A stretch of 59,817 bases of DNA from Pseudovirgaria hyperparasitica (taxonomy: Eukaryota). Below, piece after piece: positions 38,101 through 51,482 of this stretch. Position 1 is the stretch's first letter. The number at the start of each line of letters is the position of its first letter. Under the pieces are notes generated by a model that had not been told where the DNA came from, did not search any database, and was given only the letters and a program-made list of their open reading frames with translations. The position numbers were made by a program, and so were the translations under genes. The DNA lies in assembly GCA_010093815.1 (NCBI GenBank), contig ML996586.1; one strand, given 5' to 3'.

Positions 38101-40390
38101 TATAGAGGAGAATATACTTAATATTATTAAGATACTTCTAAATAATAAAGTACCTAGACTAGATGGAATTCTAAATCAATGCCTAAAAAGCACTATAAAA
38201 GCGACTCTACCGCTTATTACTCGTATATTCTAAGTATGCGTCACGTAGGGGTACCACCCCTAGAGCTTCCGAGTCGCCTATACTATTATACTCCCGAAAC
38301 TAGGAAAGAGCCCTAACTCCCTAAAGGGATAGAGACTAATTACCCTTCTCTCCTATCTAGGTAAGATACTAGAGGCCATGATAGCGAAGAAGATAAGTAC
38401 CGCGGTATAGGAATATAATCTCCTCCCTCTAAACCAGAAGGTAAAGATAGATAGCTCCCTAATAATAGCTATCTAATATATTATCGAAGTCGTCTAGGCC
38501 GTATAGAAATAGGGACGGGTAGTATCGCTCCTCTCCCTCGATATAGCCGGAGCGTTTAATAAGGTAAACTATATAAGACTTATTTATAACCTCTAGATGA
38601 GACGAATACTAGAATAGATTATACGCTTTATATAGTTATTTCTTATAGGAAGAATAACTTAGATATATATCTCTAGGTACTAGAGCGAATATAAAGAGAC
38701 GGTATACGGCATCCTATAAGGGAGCACCATCTCTCCGATTCTATTCCTCTTCTTTACGGTAGACCTTCTTTAAGGAATAAAGTATATAGAGGTAGTCGGA
38801 TACGCCGATAATATATACCTCCTAGCTATTAATAATAATACTAACCGAACGTGTAGACGACTAGAATAGAACTATAAGAGGTGCCTCTAGTAGGTAAAAC
38901 GCTATAGAGTAAAGTTCGCCCCGGAGAAATACCAGCTCATACACTTTATTAATTATTAAGGGAAATAGGTAACTAGGGAAGGCGAACGACGCCCCTAAAT
39001 CGACGTATTTAATAAACTACTAGTATAAAGCATGCGCACGCTCGGAGTTATACTAGATAGCAAGCTTAAATAGGGACTATAAGTGGTATACACCGTCTCT
39101 AGGGCCCTCTAGGTAGAAGCCGCTATATAATAGATTATAGCCTCCACATAGGGAACCGCCTAGGATAAGGCACGCTAGCTATATATATCTATAGTACGAC
39201 CCGCCTTCATGTACGGACACGAGTACTAGTATACGGCCCTTATATAGACTAGGCGAATGAAGCTCGAATCCATATAGAATCGTATACTCCGTCTTATATT
39301 AGGCGTATATAAAGCTACTAACACGGTACTACTACGACGCGAGATAGACGTTATAAGTATATATAACTTCTACTAGATATAGAGGGTAGTATACTTTACT
39401 AAATAATAAGCATAGGAATGTATAGAAAACGTAGAATATACTTTCGCCGCGCTACGCGTATAAATCAGCATATATTACCGTGTACTCCTATATATAGGCC
39501 GGAATCGAATATAGTATAGGTGCTTAATAGAAGCCGACTCTAGCTAAGTAGTATAAGAAGTCCGAGATAACCCGGACGCTCTTCTAGACTAGTAGAGCCT
39601 TTAAGAACTCGTGAAAAACATACGGTCGTGGACTTAAGATAAGTAGAAAGAGGTACTCCGTGCCCACTAGACCTTCTAGTAGAATAGGTACCTAGAGTAG
39701 ATTCGAGGGCTATAGAAGGAACCGAGTAAATAGATATATAAAGGCCTAACGAAAGCCTAAGTATCTATACTTATCTAAGCCCGAACGGGCGCCATAGGAC
39801 TCCTATACTATATCTATAAGAGAGGCGTTCCTAATACCTCCCTATAGTATAAGACGTGCGGCCGGAGAGGTATAATACACTACTATCTAGCTATATACCC
39901 TAACCTCTATATATAACGGTAATAGCTTATCTATATCACGAAGACTTTAGATATTATATAATAGCTTAATAAGTACTCTAAGGACGTCTCCTAATAGATA
40001 CTTATATATCTACTACTTCTCTAGTACTAGTAGACCCGGAAATATATACCGGAAGAGACCTAGTATACGCCGGTAGTAACCCGATATATACCGGAAGAAC
40101 CCTAGGAGAACCCCGATTATTAGTTAAGGGCAGCCCTTAACTAATAACCTCCGTATCTACACGTGCTACCTAAGGGTAAAATAATGGTAATATAGGCTAT
40201 AGGCTAATAGGCGTACTCTATAGCTATATACTTAAGATAAAATAGAGGTTTAACGAGATATAGTTATAGATATAAGGAAGTTTTTCTCTATAGGGTTTCT
40301 TCTTATATAGTGGCTTAGACTAGAGGAGGCATAGGCCTATAGAGTACTACTCTACCTAGTTATACAATATTATTATTATTATTATTATTA
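35105..40390 (+). mobile_element. Tad1-like LINE (RIP-degraded, near full length): ORF1 ~35500-36790, ORF2 ~36830-40100, (TAT)n tail
   Basis: Three CCHC knuckles (QCFNCQGYGH.., CGQC.GDH..C, CLNC..HP.W...C); APE motifs ILAIQEP, GDFNLHH, SDH; RT motifs KAPG.DG, WRPIALL, LSLDIAGAFD, GIPQGS.ISPILF, GYADD, FAPEK; tandem tail 40368-40390. Confidence 0.9.
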
Positions 40391-42968
40391 TAGTTTTATT
40401 CTATAGGCTCTCGAATACCCTTTTAGTAGTATTATTATCAACGTAGTCGGGTAACTTATCTAGAGTATCTACCTCGATAGCCGCTAGAATATCTACTAGA
40501 CTATTCGAGAGGGGCGTTACACTAACCCATATACTAAATATAAGGGTATTATATATCGTATATTTATACTATTTTATATCGGGGTTCTTTATAGAATAGA
40601 ACTCGTCTACTATTAATATACCGAGGAATGCTACTTCGCGAGTTTAAGTGTTTTTAGTACCGAATTATTTCGCCCTCTTTACTCTTATAACTATATATCC
40701 CTTAAAAGATTTAAGATATTAGGGTTCCATACTCTAGACGGTACTATAGATTATATAGTTCTTTGCGTATCGCGACGGAAATTCGGTAGTAGCGGTCCTA
40801 TTAATGGGAATTAACTATACCCTAATAATACACTCCTCGTCGGTCTTGAATTTAGTAGTATTACTAATATCGACGCTATATTCCCATTCGGGGTATAGGC
40901 ATCTCTTAGCTAAGTATTATCGGTCTATATATGAGAATTATCGGATACTAGGGGCGTCGGTAAGGGTTTTCGAGTACGCTAGCCGTACTATTATCTTTAT
41001 CGGGTTCCGTTTATTAATTTAATCGGTGAACATGCTATCCGTATTATTATATATCTATTTAAAGCGCTACGGCTAATATACTATTAGAAGGGAACTTAGG
41101 TAGCATAGTATAAATGGTCCTTAAAGGCGGGGTATATAGACGAAATTATCGGTCTAGCTACACGGACATTTAATCGGATATAGAGATTATATCGGGCACT
41201 TCCTATCCATGCCCGAGTCTTAAGTCGGTTATAGGTAATTTCCTAGATTAAGTTCTATATTATCGCGTAGAAAGTCCTAATAAAACGCGAGGCGGATGAA
41301 CGTTATAAGCACGATTATCTTCCCTAGCCCTAGGCTATCTACTAAGATCTAGTACTTCTACGGACCCGCCTACTACTTAAATATAGTAACTACCGCGAGT
41401 AACTAGCCGGCCCATGGCCTATATAACCTACTTATACTAAAGGCTAGATATAGAGTAGGTATATAGCCGAACTTCTTTATTAGGTTATCTAGTATAAGTC
41501 TAAATATACTTATAGTAAGTAACCATATCTCTTCCGTATAATAAGAGATAGCTTAGACTACTTTATTAGAGTTATTAACGGCGAATATTCTATAGGTATA
41601 TTAGTATAGTAGTATATATTCCTACTTACTTCTTAGTATAACTTACGCTTTCTATAGTTTTATACTAACATCGTTATCTACCGGAATTAAGTCCTCTATA
41701 TCTAGCTTTACTTTATCTCTATTAGAGTTATTATCTATAGAAAGAATTTTAAAGTTAAGGCCGTTCGCTAATATACTATCTAATATATATCTACTATATA
41801 AATTATCTACTAACCCGAATAGTTCCTAGTTTTTACGTGTCTACCGGTCGACATCTAGTAGTATAATATATTCTAGTTTTGGGCGTTTTAGAGAATCGAC
41901 TAGGTTTACTATATTATCCGAGAGTATCCTCTTTATTTCTAGTAGCCGTAGATAAGTCTCGCTAGTATCTAGAGGCACGACGGCATTCGTGGGGGAATTA
42001 TCTATATTAGTAATTATAGGCGCATCTATCTTCGATACTACTCTAATATTAGTATCTAGGACTATATATATATATATATATCTAAGTATACTAGCTGCGT
42101 CGTCTTCTATTTTAGTATCTTCTACGTTCTCTTTCTCCGTATGTTCCGACGGTAACTATAACTATATCTCTATGGCTAGTATATTTACGCGTAGATAAGC
42201 CTCGCTAGGCATAACGACATTCATAGATGGATTATCTATATCGGTGGTTATAGCCGCACCTATCTTCGATACTACTCTAATATTAGTATCTAGGACCATG
42301 TATATATATATGTATCTAAGTATACTAGCTACGTCGTCTTCTATTTTAGTATCTTCCACGTTCTCTTTCTCTATATATTCTAGCGGTAACTATAACTATA
42401 TCTCTATGGCTAGTATATTTACGCGTAGATAAGCTTCGCTAGGCACGACGATATTTATAGGTAGATTATCTATGTCGGTAGTTATAGCCGTATCTATCTT
42501 CGACACTACTCTAATGTTAGTATCTAGGACTATATATATATATATATATCTAAGTATACTAGCTACGTCGTCTTCCATTTTAGTATCTTCTATATTATCT
42601 TTCTCCTTATGTTCTAGCGGTAACTATATCTACGTACCTATACCTATAGTATCTATATCTAGTTTAGCCTCTATTATATCTATAGTTATAACCGTTGGTA
42701 CTAACTTACTATTTATAGCCGCGATATGCTAATTAAATTCTCTAGTAACGGTTTCCTTAACTATTCTATAGAGTGTAGTAGTATCTATACCACTAGTTTT
42801 AAGCTCTATTACTACTTCTTTACTTACTATCTTAATAACAGTAGCCCTATATATATCATGACTTATTTCGGGTATTAGATATAGGCCTTAGAGGTACTAG
42901 ATATAAGGTAGAAGGGCGCTAACGCTTAAGGCCTCCGCACGTCATATATACGTGTTACGGTTAGCCAT
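40391..42968 (-). pseudogene. RIP-inactivated SNF2-family ATPase with N-terminal 78-aa repeats; C-terminal lobe missing (cut at LINE tail)
   Basis: One frame from ATG 42968: ILADSPGLGKT (motif I, 41317-41348), GPFILCCPSSLL (Ia, ~41120), ILIVDEFH..KN (II, ~40607), SATPLSNS (III, ~40520). Motifs I, Ia and II are a multiple of 3 from the ATG. Confidence 0.8.
41948..42630. repeat. Tandem repeat, 234-bp unit, ~2.9 copies (coding, 78 aa)
   Basis: Units start at 41973, 42207 and 42441. Confidence 0.9.
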
Positions 42969-43220
42969 TCTATAGCCGGTAGTTAAACTAGGATAGTCGT
43001 GACTCTTATTATACCTATCTATTCCTATATATAACTTAGGCCATAGGTAGTAAGACGGCGTTAATGGCAATAAGATATGAAAACTAGATTTAGGCGGTAG
43101 GAGTTAAGTCGCTGCGTTTAGCGATTATAACGTAATTTCGATAAGTGCGGAGGAAGTAAAGTATATAAGTAAATATTTAATTATTAGAGTAGATCTTATA
43201 CGATTATAGTCGTAGTAATA

Positions 43221-43410
43221 ATATAGCTAGTAGGACCGGGCGTATCCCGACGTGAACTAGGTAGACGCCGGCTTATACTAGTATCGTAACGTCTTAACCA
43301 AATATATACGCTATAGTTATATAGCTAGTAGAATCGGGTATATACCGATATATAGTAGGTAGAAGCCGTCTTACGTCGGATCGTATCGCCTTAGCCAAGT
43401 ATATACGCCA
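43221..43410. repeat. Imperfect direct repeat, 98-bp period, 2 copies
   Basis: atatagctagtag...tatatacgc at 43221 and 43319. Confidence 0.7.
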
Positions 43411-43629
43411 CTCTCACTACCTCTAGCACCCTTTTTATTATTCTATTAGTCTTTAAAAGCGATATCCATATTCTCTATATCTAAGGTGCTTTTAAGGCTT
43501 TTAAAGTTACTATCTTTAGAGCTTATAGGTCGGTCTTACGACTTCCCGGGTGCCGATAGTAGTATATATAGTATTACTAGAGGAAGGGTTAAGTCGTTTA
43601 GGTGATACTATCCACTACCTATAATACTA

Positions 43630-44640
43630 TCTCTATAGGTATCTCTACCGTCATAGACGGTAGCTTTCTATTACTATTATTATACTAATTATAGCGAGTA
43701 TGGCATTAGGGATAGAGGGGCGGATTTATTCGAGCGTAACCTATATATAGCCGTCTATACTATTATATATTAGTCGCTGGTTTATATTTTATTTTACTTC
43801 GGGTATACTATCTATATCCTATCTAAGGCCGAGGAGTATTATACTATTACTATATTCTAGGACACATTCGATTACTAACTATAGGAGCCATCTAATATCT
43901 ACCTCTAGTTCCGTTTTACTTATTATATACTTAACTACTAGCACGATAGAATATATAGTAGTATAGCTCTAGTTAAGTGCCCTCCTAGTCTTCGTTGCGT
44001 ATTAGACCCTAATTTACTATATAAATACTACCGAATTAATACACGAAGCGTCGCTGTGGTCTTTCTACTAGTTAGACGTAGGTACTAGTATTTCGAGGAA
44101 TGTATTATCGTCGAACCTAATTATAAATTTGATTTTTCTCGTAGTATATACGTTAGTAGGCTGTGGGACTACTACGAGTATAGGCTATAAGGTCGTGGTA
44201 TACGAGAGCTATAAGGTCGTGATAGACAGGGGTTATAAGGTTATAGAATATAGGGCTATAATTACGCGCCTCTTCTTATACTCGGAGATAGTTTTTCTAT
44301 AATATACGGTTTTCTATACTATAGTGCGTACCTAGTCGTAGATATAGTATAGCGCCTTTATCTCTATGTACTCTACTACTCTTTCCTATACTACTAGAAA
44401 TTCGCCCGCTACCTTATTAATAATCTTACGTACTCTTTTTACGCCGAGCTCGTTCTTAGTTCGACGCCCATAGTCTACGAGTAGAGTAGCCGTATATACT
44501 TCTATGTATAGCTGCCTTATACACGCCTCCATAGCTTCACGCTTTACTTATATATCTAGGCTTAAGATGCGAAGTAGTACTATGGTAATTACTATATTCG
44601 GATAGTTACTTTATTATAGAATCGGATTCGATATGTTAAT
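43630..44640 (-). pseudogene. RIP-inactivated ORF of unknown function (~330 codons) with internal 24-bp repeats
   Basis: Protein-like frame (EAMEACIRQL...KVAGEF...) with only RIP-type stops; boundaries approximate. Confidence 0.4.
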
Positions 44641-45648
44641 CGTATATAGTTAACATGTGTAGTTAATATAGTATTTATAATTTACGGACTAATTATATAG
44701 TATATATATAGTATATCGTAGGCGTAAGGAAGACGGAGGTATAGGTCGGACGATAGAGGTAGAAGCCGGAATAACGAGGTACCTACTAGGTGAACCTCGT
44801 TTATATCCTTATTATTCCTCGAACATACGTTTATAACACGTACGTAACTTAGCGTGGCGTGGTCGGGCGTATAGTTATTTACTTCATGTTGTCTAATACC
44901 CTTAATAGAATTAGATAGCCATGATTCTTATCTCGCAATATTATATCGTAGGCGACTACGTCTAGAACGGCATATGGCCACGTATATATAAGGTACCGCG
45001 TTAGTCTTATCCCATTTTATATTTATATACTTATCCCTAGGTACTCTCCGAGTATCGTAAGCCTATATTTTATTATATTCGAGTATCGTATCCTTCCATG
45101 CTTTTAAAGTACGCGATATTTAGGTTTACTATATCCTATATATATCATAGTTAAAGTCTAAAGGTGGAGGCTTTAATTAGGGCGTATGTTTTTTTATATT
45201 TTCTCTTTAGATAGTAATATCTCCTAATATAAAGGCTAGAAGTAGTTTTAAAAGTATAAAGGGGATAACTAAAGGAAGCCTACGTTATTAGGCCGGGGCT
45301 CACGGTAGATATAGAATCGTGTTTATTTCTTAATTAGTGGGTACTAGTTAACGTGCCTAGTAGCGCCGTATTATCTAATAGCGCGTCCATACTAGAGTAG
45401 ACGTAATAGAAATACCCTTAATAGGTCTTTAATAGAGCTAAACTATCTACCTAGTAGGATATCGTAACTATATCTAAAATAGATATAGAGGTGTACTTAC
45501 TAAGAAGCCGTGACTAAGTAGCCCTAACACGTGAGTCTAATCGTATACTATTACTAATTAACTTCTATATCTTTATATATCGTAACACCGCCGTCTCGGT
45601 CGGTATCCTCGTAGTCTCTATCGTCCTAGCCGCTAGTAGTTACTTCAT

Positions 45649-45734
45649 TAGTAGTATTAGCTCTAGTAGTATTAGTTCTAGTAGTATTAGTTCTAGTAGT
45701 ATTAGCTCTAGTAGTATTAGCTCTAGTAGTATTA
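45649..45734. repeat. 15-bp tandem repeat (~5.7 copies) in helicase C-terminal tail
   Basis: (tagtagtattagctc)n. Confidence 0.85.
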
Positions 45735-48700
45735 ACTAGATTATTACTATTTATACGTGCTAGTAATTTAGTACGGCTAGAATAATAACGCCGAGTATAA
45801 CCGGTAGTCCTATAATTATAGTAAAACGTACCTATAAGCGTCTTAGGTTTAGAGTAAATATTAGCTTTATAGCCGATGTTCTAATAGTTATTATATATAA
45901 GCGTCGACCCTCTTAGACACTTAATAGACTTATATCCTTTAACATTATATTTACGGTAGACTAGCGGCTTACGGGGCTTAGTACTATTAGTAGTTTATTA
46001 ATCGCTTCGTTCTCCCCTCTCTCTAATACTAAGTATAGGGCGACCATATTAGAGATTAGGCATATTAGAGAGTAGAGGGAGGCCATCTAGGTCGGGGGTC
46101 GTGCACGTGTATATCGCATGAATCTTAGAGTACTTATTCTATATCTCGCCGAGTACGCCGTCTAGGACTTTCTACCTCTTAAGAGATACGAAGTTAGTAA
46201 TAATAACTATTATCTATTTAGCGCGCGTAATAGTAACGATGTTACGGTTTACTTCCGAGAGGAAGCCGAAGCGATTAGTTTAGACCGGGTCGATAAGGAC
46301 TATATCATTATTATGACCCTAAGAACCGTCCTATGAACGCCATTAGATAAGCTTCTATACCGGCTTAGGTAGGGCATTAAATCGAGCTTTATCCGCTACG
46401 GTAAGTATAGTTAGAAGCGAGTTCCTAACCATCCCTTTAAATAGATCACGTTAGGCGGCGTATATAGAAATATAGAGCACGTAATTAAGTGCGACGCCAT
46501 GACGGAAGAGCTCGGTAATAATCCACTAAGTGAAACGCAATAAGTCTATATTATATATTAAGTTATTTACCGTGTACGCGTGATCCTAGTTAACGTTAGC
46601 GTATATAACGTGTTAATAGCCGTAGATTCTAAATATTTATCGAACGGTCTCTACGAGTAGTATATCGATATTATTTATTATGCGGGGTGAGGTTATTAGC
46701 TCGCCCGAGTAAGTAATTAGCGATATAATATTTATTATTCTAGAAACTAAGCGTTCTAACTCGGTAAGGCGAGTGGTCGGGAAACTATATTATATCTAGC
46801 GCTTCATGAAGGAGATCCTCTAGTTCACGGCCTATATATTAGTACTATCACGCTAGTAGGTGTCGAGCTAGCGTAGGTCGCCGACGTAAATAAATGTCGG
46901 TTACCATTCTATAGTAGTGTAATTAACGATAATCCCGAGTATATTACTTTTAAGAATACACGTAGCCTCTTCTATTACAACTAAAATCGGATATATATTA
47001 CGGGCTACCTTGGCGATATTTATAATATATAGGGTCTCTATATAAATCTAGGCGTAGATAGTAACTAGGTCCTAGGTAGCGAGGTATAGCTCGTTCATCC
47101 TATTATACTCCTCCTTAGGCATGTCCTTATTACGAGTATAACATTTATAGATAGCGTATAATAGCTAAGCCGTTTCTTTCTCGAAATTCTTAGGAATCCA
47201 TTTATATTAGTATCGAGATTTAATAAGTCCGACGACCTCAAGCGTAATATAACCGGTATATAGTTTCTATAGACGAGCACGGGGATCCGTGCTATATTCT
47301 AATAGTCGTTTACTATAGTCGGCCTAGGCTTACGCGAGGATAGTACCGCCTATTATATTATTCTAGGTTGGCCCGATAAGAGGGTCGCCGCGACGAGATA
47401 GTCTAGCTATAGTAAAGAAAACCTCTTAATTAACGGCTTCGGGGTATCTTCGAAGAACGACCGGTATCTTTAGAGACTTATAGCGAGTAAATATATTACT
47501 TATATATTTATATGCTTTTCTTATAGCGTCGTCGTAGGTTTCGTTAGTTAGACCGATAATAACATATATATATATTCTATATATTTAGGTGGAACCTAGC
47601 GTAGGGAGGTGCGCTGTCACATCGCTAGATGGGATGACTACCTTAGTAGTATAAGCGATAATAGGAGTACCGTTTATTTCGTTAATTAGAAGTATAGCTA
47701 GTAGTAGATAAAGCTATAAATGGCTCTTCCTAGCTCCTCTATAGCCGTAAAGTAGAAACTAAGCCCTAAGTACGTCCGTCGCCTATATATAGACATACTA
47801 TTATTAGGGAGATAGTTCCGAACGTATAATATCCTAGAGATCATAGAATCTTTTATAATCTTTAACGTAGCGGTTATAGTTAACGGGTTAAAGATTTAGG
47901 TAGTTATTACTAAGTATTAGATCCTATACGGAGGGTAGTAAAGGGGATAGAATACTAGAGTAGACTTTAGATAATATTAGGAGTGTGTATATATCGACGA
48001 CGGGGCTAGTAATAGAACCTTCGTCGCTAATAATATCGTAACTATATTCTATATTCGTGTCCTTATTATTATCTAGGGATATAGATAATTTAGAAAGAGT
48101 AATGAGGGTATCCTAAGGCTCTATACTATAATCTAGAATCTCGTTATTAGGGTTAGGGGACCTATATATTAGAGATATAGACACCGAGTCCATGATAACA
48201 TTAAGGACTATCGTATTAAACGCATCCTAAGCGGCGTGGTCGTCTACGCCGCCGTCTCTAGGAGCTTACACGGTATAGTAGGTTAGTTTCTAGCACGTAT
48301 TAATACGTTACTTAGTAAGCTTATCGTAGGTTTATACGCTAACTAAAGCCGGAACGTCCGTAAACCCTATAAGCGTGGTAAGGGACGACCCGATTATACT
48401 TAAACTAGTATTACTAGTCCGAATAAAATATTTAGGACGAGCTCGAGTTATATTAGTAACCGTATCTATTAATATAATCGGTACCTTAGATACTTTAGAA
48501 GGACGCCTAACCTTATTAAAGACTTTTAGAGCGAGGTATTTAAATAGAAGGACGCCTAGGCGAAATCGAAGGACTTTAAAGTGGTACGCGTCGTCATTAT
48601 AATCCTTTAAATCCACTTTAAGGTACCCACGACTACCTAGTTCTATATAATGGAATCCTTTCGCATCGATAGGACAGACGATAGCTAAGAGCGCCCGAGT

Positions 48701-49722
48701 AACACCTAAGAGCTAGATATACCCGATAGTAACGTCTTAGAATTAGGATAATAGAAGATCCGCCTATTCGTCTTATAAGATACTTATAGCGATATATATT
48801 AGGTAGTTAAATTTCTTATTAAATGACTCGCGGTAGGGAATAGAGATCTAGGGCCAAGTGTCCGGCCTACTTATTATACCGTATTATATATAGGGAGTAG
48901 TAACTTCTATATACCATGAATTAATTAGATCGCTCTCTAGTTTAAGCTTATTATTAAAGCCGGTAAGATCTATAGGGTTATGTAGCGGTAGCAAGATATA
49001 AACTATAGTATAAGCATCTAGATCTTCGAAGAATTACTTTACTCGTTCGTATATTATATTAGGTCCGACATACGACGGGATAGTAAAACCTATACTAAGA
49101 AGCTCGCTAGCTATAAGTTTAATAATCTAAAAGTCGCAAGGGTCTTCGTAGAGGCCGGTGTTAATATATAGTATATTAGCTTTATCCGCTTCGCTTATAA
49201 TAAGATTAGGAAGTTTAGAAAAATACTCGATAAAGTCATCTACTTACTTAACCTTAAAGATCTATACCATAGAGTAGTCGGACGATAGAAGGATGTTAGT
49301 ACGATTAAAGCGGAGTAAGCTTATTAAGGATACTAATTTCCCTTTATTAATCTATTGGAAGTAAGTATATAACTTAATCTAAGAGCGGTACTTAGAGAAT
49401 TCAAGGAATCTATATATATAACTAATTAACTCTTCGAAGCCGTGACCTTTACTATAAGCCTTAAATACTACTAGCTTAAGCTCGGCTTGAGTTTTCGCTT
49501 ATTCCTACTTAAGTCTATCTATTTCTCTACTAATACCATAGACATTCCTAAAGGTTAACTATAGATCGCCCTATATAAGAGAGATCTAATAGATGGCGTA
49601 AGTAGAAACGGGAGCCTTACTACTTTAGACCTTCTTAAGTTTATACTCGTTATTAGAACGGTAGTTACCGGTAAGTATACTAAAGACGAGTGGTTTATTA
49701 TCGGTCGAGACGGTAGTCGTAT

Positions 49723-50058
49723 CGTAAGCTTCGACTTAAGTATAAGGCTCGGCTTAAATATAAGGCTCGGCTTAAACGTAAGGCTCGGCTTAAATATAAG
49801 GATCGGCTTAAACGTAAGGATTAGCTTAAACGTAAGGCTCGACTTAAACGTGAGGATCGGCTTAAACGTAAGGCTCGGCTTAAATATAAGGATTGGCTTA
49901 AGCGTAAGGCTCGGCTTAAACGTAAGGATCGGCTTAAGCGTAAGGCTTAACTTAAACGTAAGGCTCGGCTTAAACGTAAGGCTCGACTTAAGTATAAGGC
50001 TCGACTTAAACGTAAGGCTTAACTTAAACATGAGACTCGGCTTGAACGTAAGGCTCAA
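49723..50058. repeat. 18-bp tandem repeat (~18 copies) encoding (E/D)PHVQ(A/V) at helicase N-terminus
   Basis: (ggcttaaacgtaaggctc)n on +; in the helicase frame, de-RIPed, GAG CCT CAC GTT CAA GCC. Confidence 0.9.
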
Positions 50059-50339
50059 TTACGTCGAGCGTAGACTAGTTCTAAATATCGCCGAATATAA
50101 CGAGTTCTTAATCCATATTATAAACTATAAATATAACCTCGTTAACTATTATATAGAATAGACCTTAAGAGTTAATAGAGTCGAGTTCGACGTAGCGTTT
50201 ATATATAGTTATAATTAACACGGAATAAAGTACAGAAGATAAGATTTAGGTTTAAAAACCAAGATAAGTAGAGGAAAGGTTTATAGAAGTTTTCTTTTAT
50301 AACATAGGGATAACTAAAGGAAGCTAAGATTAACGTAGG

Positions 50340-51200
50340 CTAAAGTAATAGTAGCCTAAGTAGTGTATAAAGTGGGGTAGTATACTACTATTATATGAGT
50401 CTAGTAGCTCGCCGACCGAGTATATAGTACGTTATAGAAGGCTATCGAATTAGGGCTTAGATAAATATAGGTATAAATGGATAGTATTATATGAAAGTTT
50501 AACCGTCCGATATACTAACGCCATAGACGCCGAGTCTATCTTCTAAATTCTACGGTAACTATCTCTTCTAGATAGTAAGATATTACTAGCCATGCCTTAC
50601 CTATTCTATTCATAGTAGAGACACTATATGTCCGTTAGTATACTAGCGCACGTATCTAACTACCGCTTAAATATAACTTGCCTTATACTATAATACGTAC
50701 TATTACGCTAATATTATACTAATATTCATGGGTTCGTGTCTATAAACTCCTCTCCCGTAATATTAAAACCGGTAACATTATCTAGCGATAGGACTATATA
50801 AGAAGGAGGCGGACTTAGTATGTCTAGTTATATATAGACTTCTACTATCGCCTTAATAACCACTACGCCGGTAGGCGCTTCCTCCCCGGCCCTAAATGGT
50901 ATATAATATTAGACTTTTATACGTTCGCTCGAACTCTCGAGTGTACCGGTATTATATATTAATTCGTAAGGCGATTAGGTTATAATCGCTAGCATATTAA
51001 TATTAACGGGTAGAGTAGGCGGGACGGTAGCGCTCGACTCTCCTAATATAACGTTAGCTAGCTAATAATATAATGGGTAAATATACTAGTCGCGTCGTTA
51101 TTAACATCTATCGTTTAAGTAGGTAAAGCGTTAACTACGCCTATATTAAGTGGACTAGGGCGTACCTATATACTATTAATAAAAGACCTAAATCTAGTAA
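50340..51200 (-). pseudogene. RIP-inactivated small gene of unknown function, probable intron ~51044-51087
   Basis: Protein-like frame (PFRAGEEAPTG...LSLDNVTGF) and an intron-like gtatat..gctaac..tag; boundaries approximate. Confidence 0.3.
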
Positions 51201-51482
51201 GGTATCCGCCGTATATATAATACTATACGTAACTAATAACCGAAAACCTAAGATATATAAATAGTATTATATCCACGGAAGAGCGACGGTATTATACCGG
51301 TATATACTAGATATACCGGCATACATCGGTATACACTACTTAGTAGTCGTAATATATTGATATATGCCGATATCTATCGGCGTATATATATCTTAAGCTT
51401 ACCTACGCGCGCTAGACGGATAAATCCCGCTACTATACTCATAGCGCGACGTTCCTATATAGTTAGATTATAGTTAACACGT

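Larger units (their letters stand above)
45551..50116 (-). pseudogene. RIP-inactivated Upf1/DNA2/NAM7-like superfamily 1 helicase (~1520 codons)
   Basis: One frame from ATG 50116: LLYGYGGAGKSH (Walker A, ~47720-47755), IIGPTNETCDD (Ia), LVVMEEA (II), YVGDLRQL (III), DGSQG...DIV..D.V (V), GFLSEVNRNIVAITRAK (VI, ~46215-46270). Confidence 0.85.

Noticed and set aside
43855..43890. P450 heme-like RMCPG motif on the - strand
   Set aside because: Lacks FxxG and lies out of the frame that stays protein-like.
45551..50116. Helitron Rep/Pif1 helicase
   Set aside because: Motifs V/VI (DGSQG, GFL..NR..VAITRA) are Upf1-like, not Pif1-like, and no HUH Rep motifs were seen.
49555..50161. ORF-track proteins (LTFKPS)n and (LGLNVR)n
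   Set aside because: Shadow frames of the RIP-mutated 18-bp repeat; the frame continuous with the helicase reads EPHVQA.
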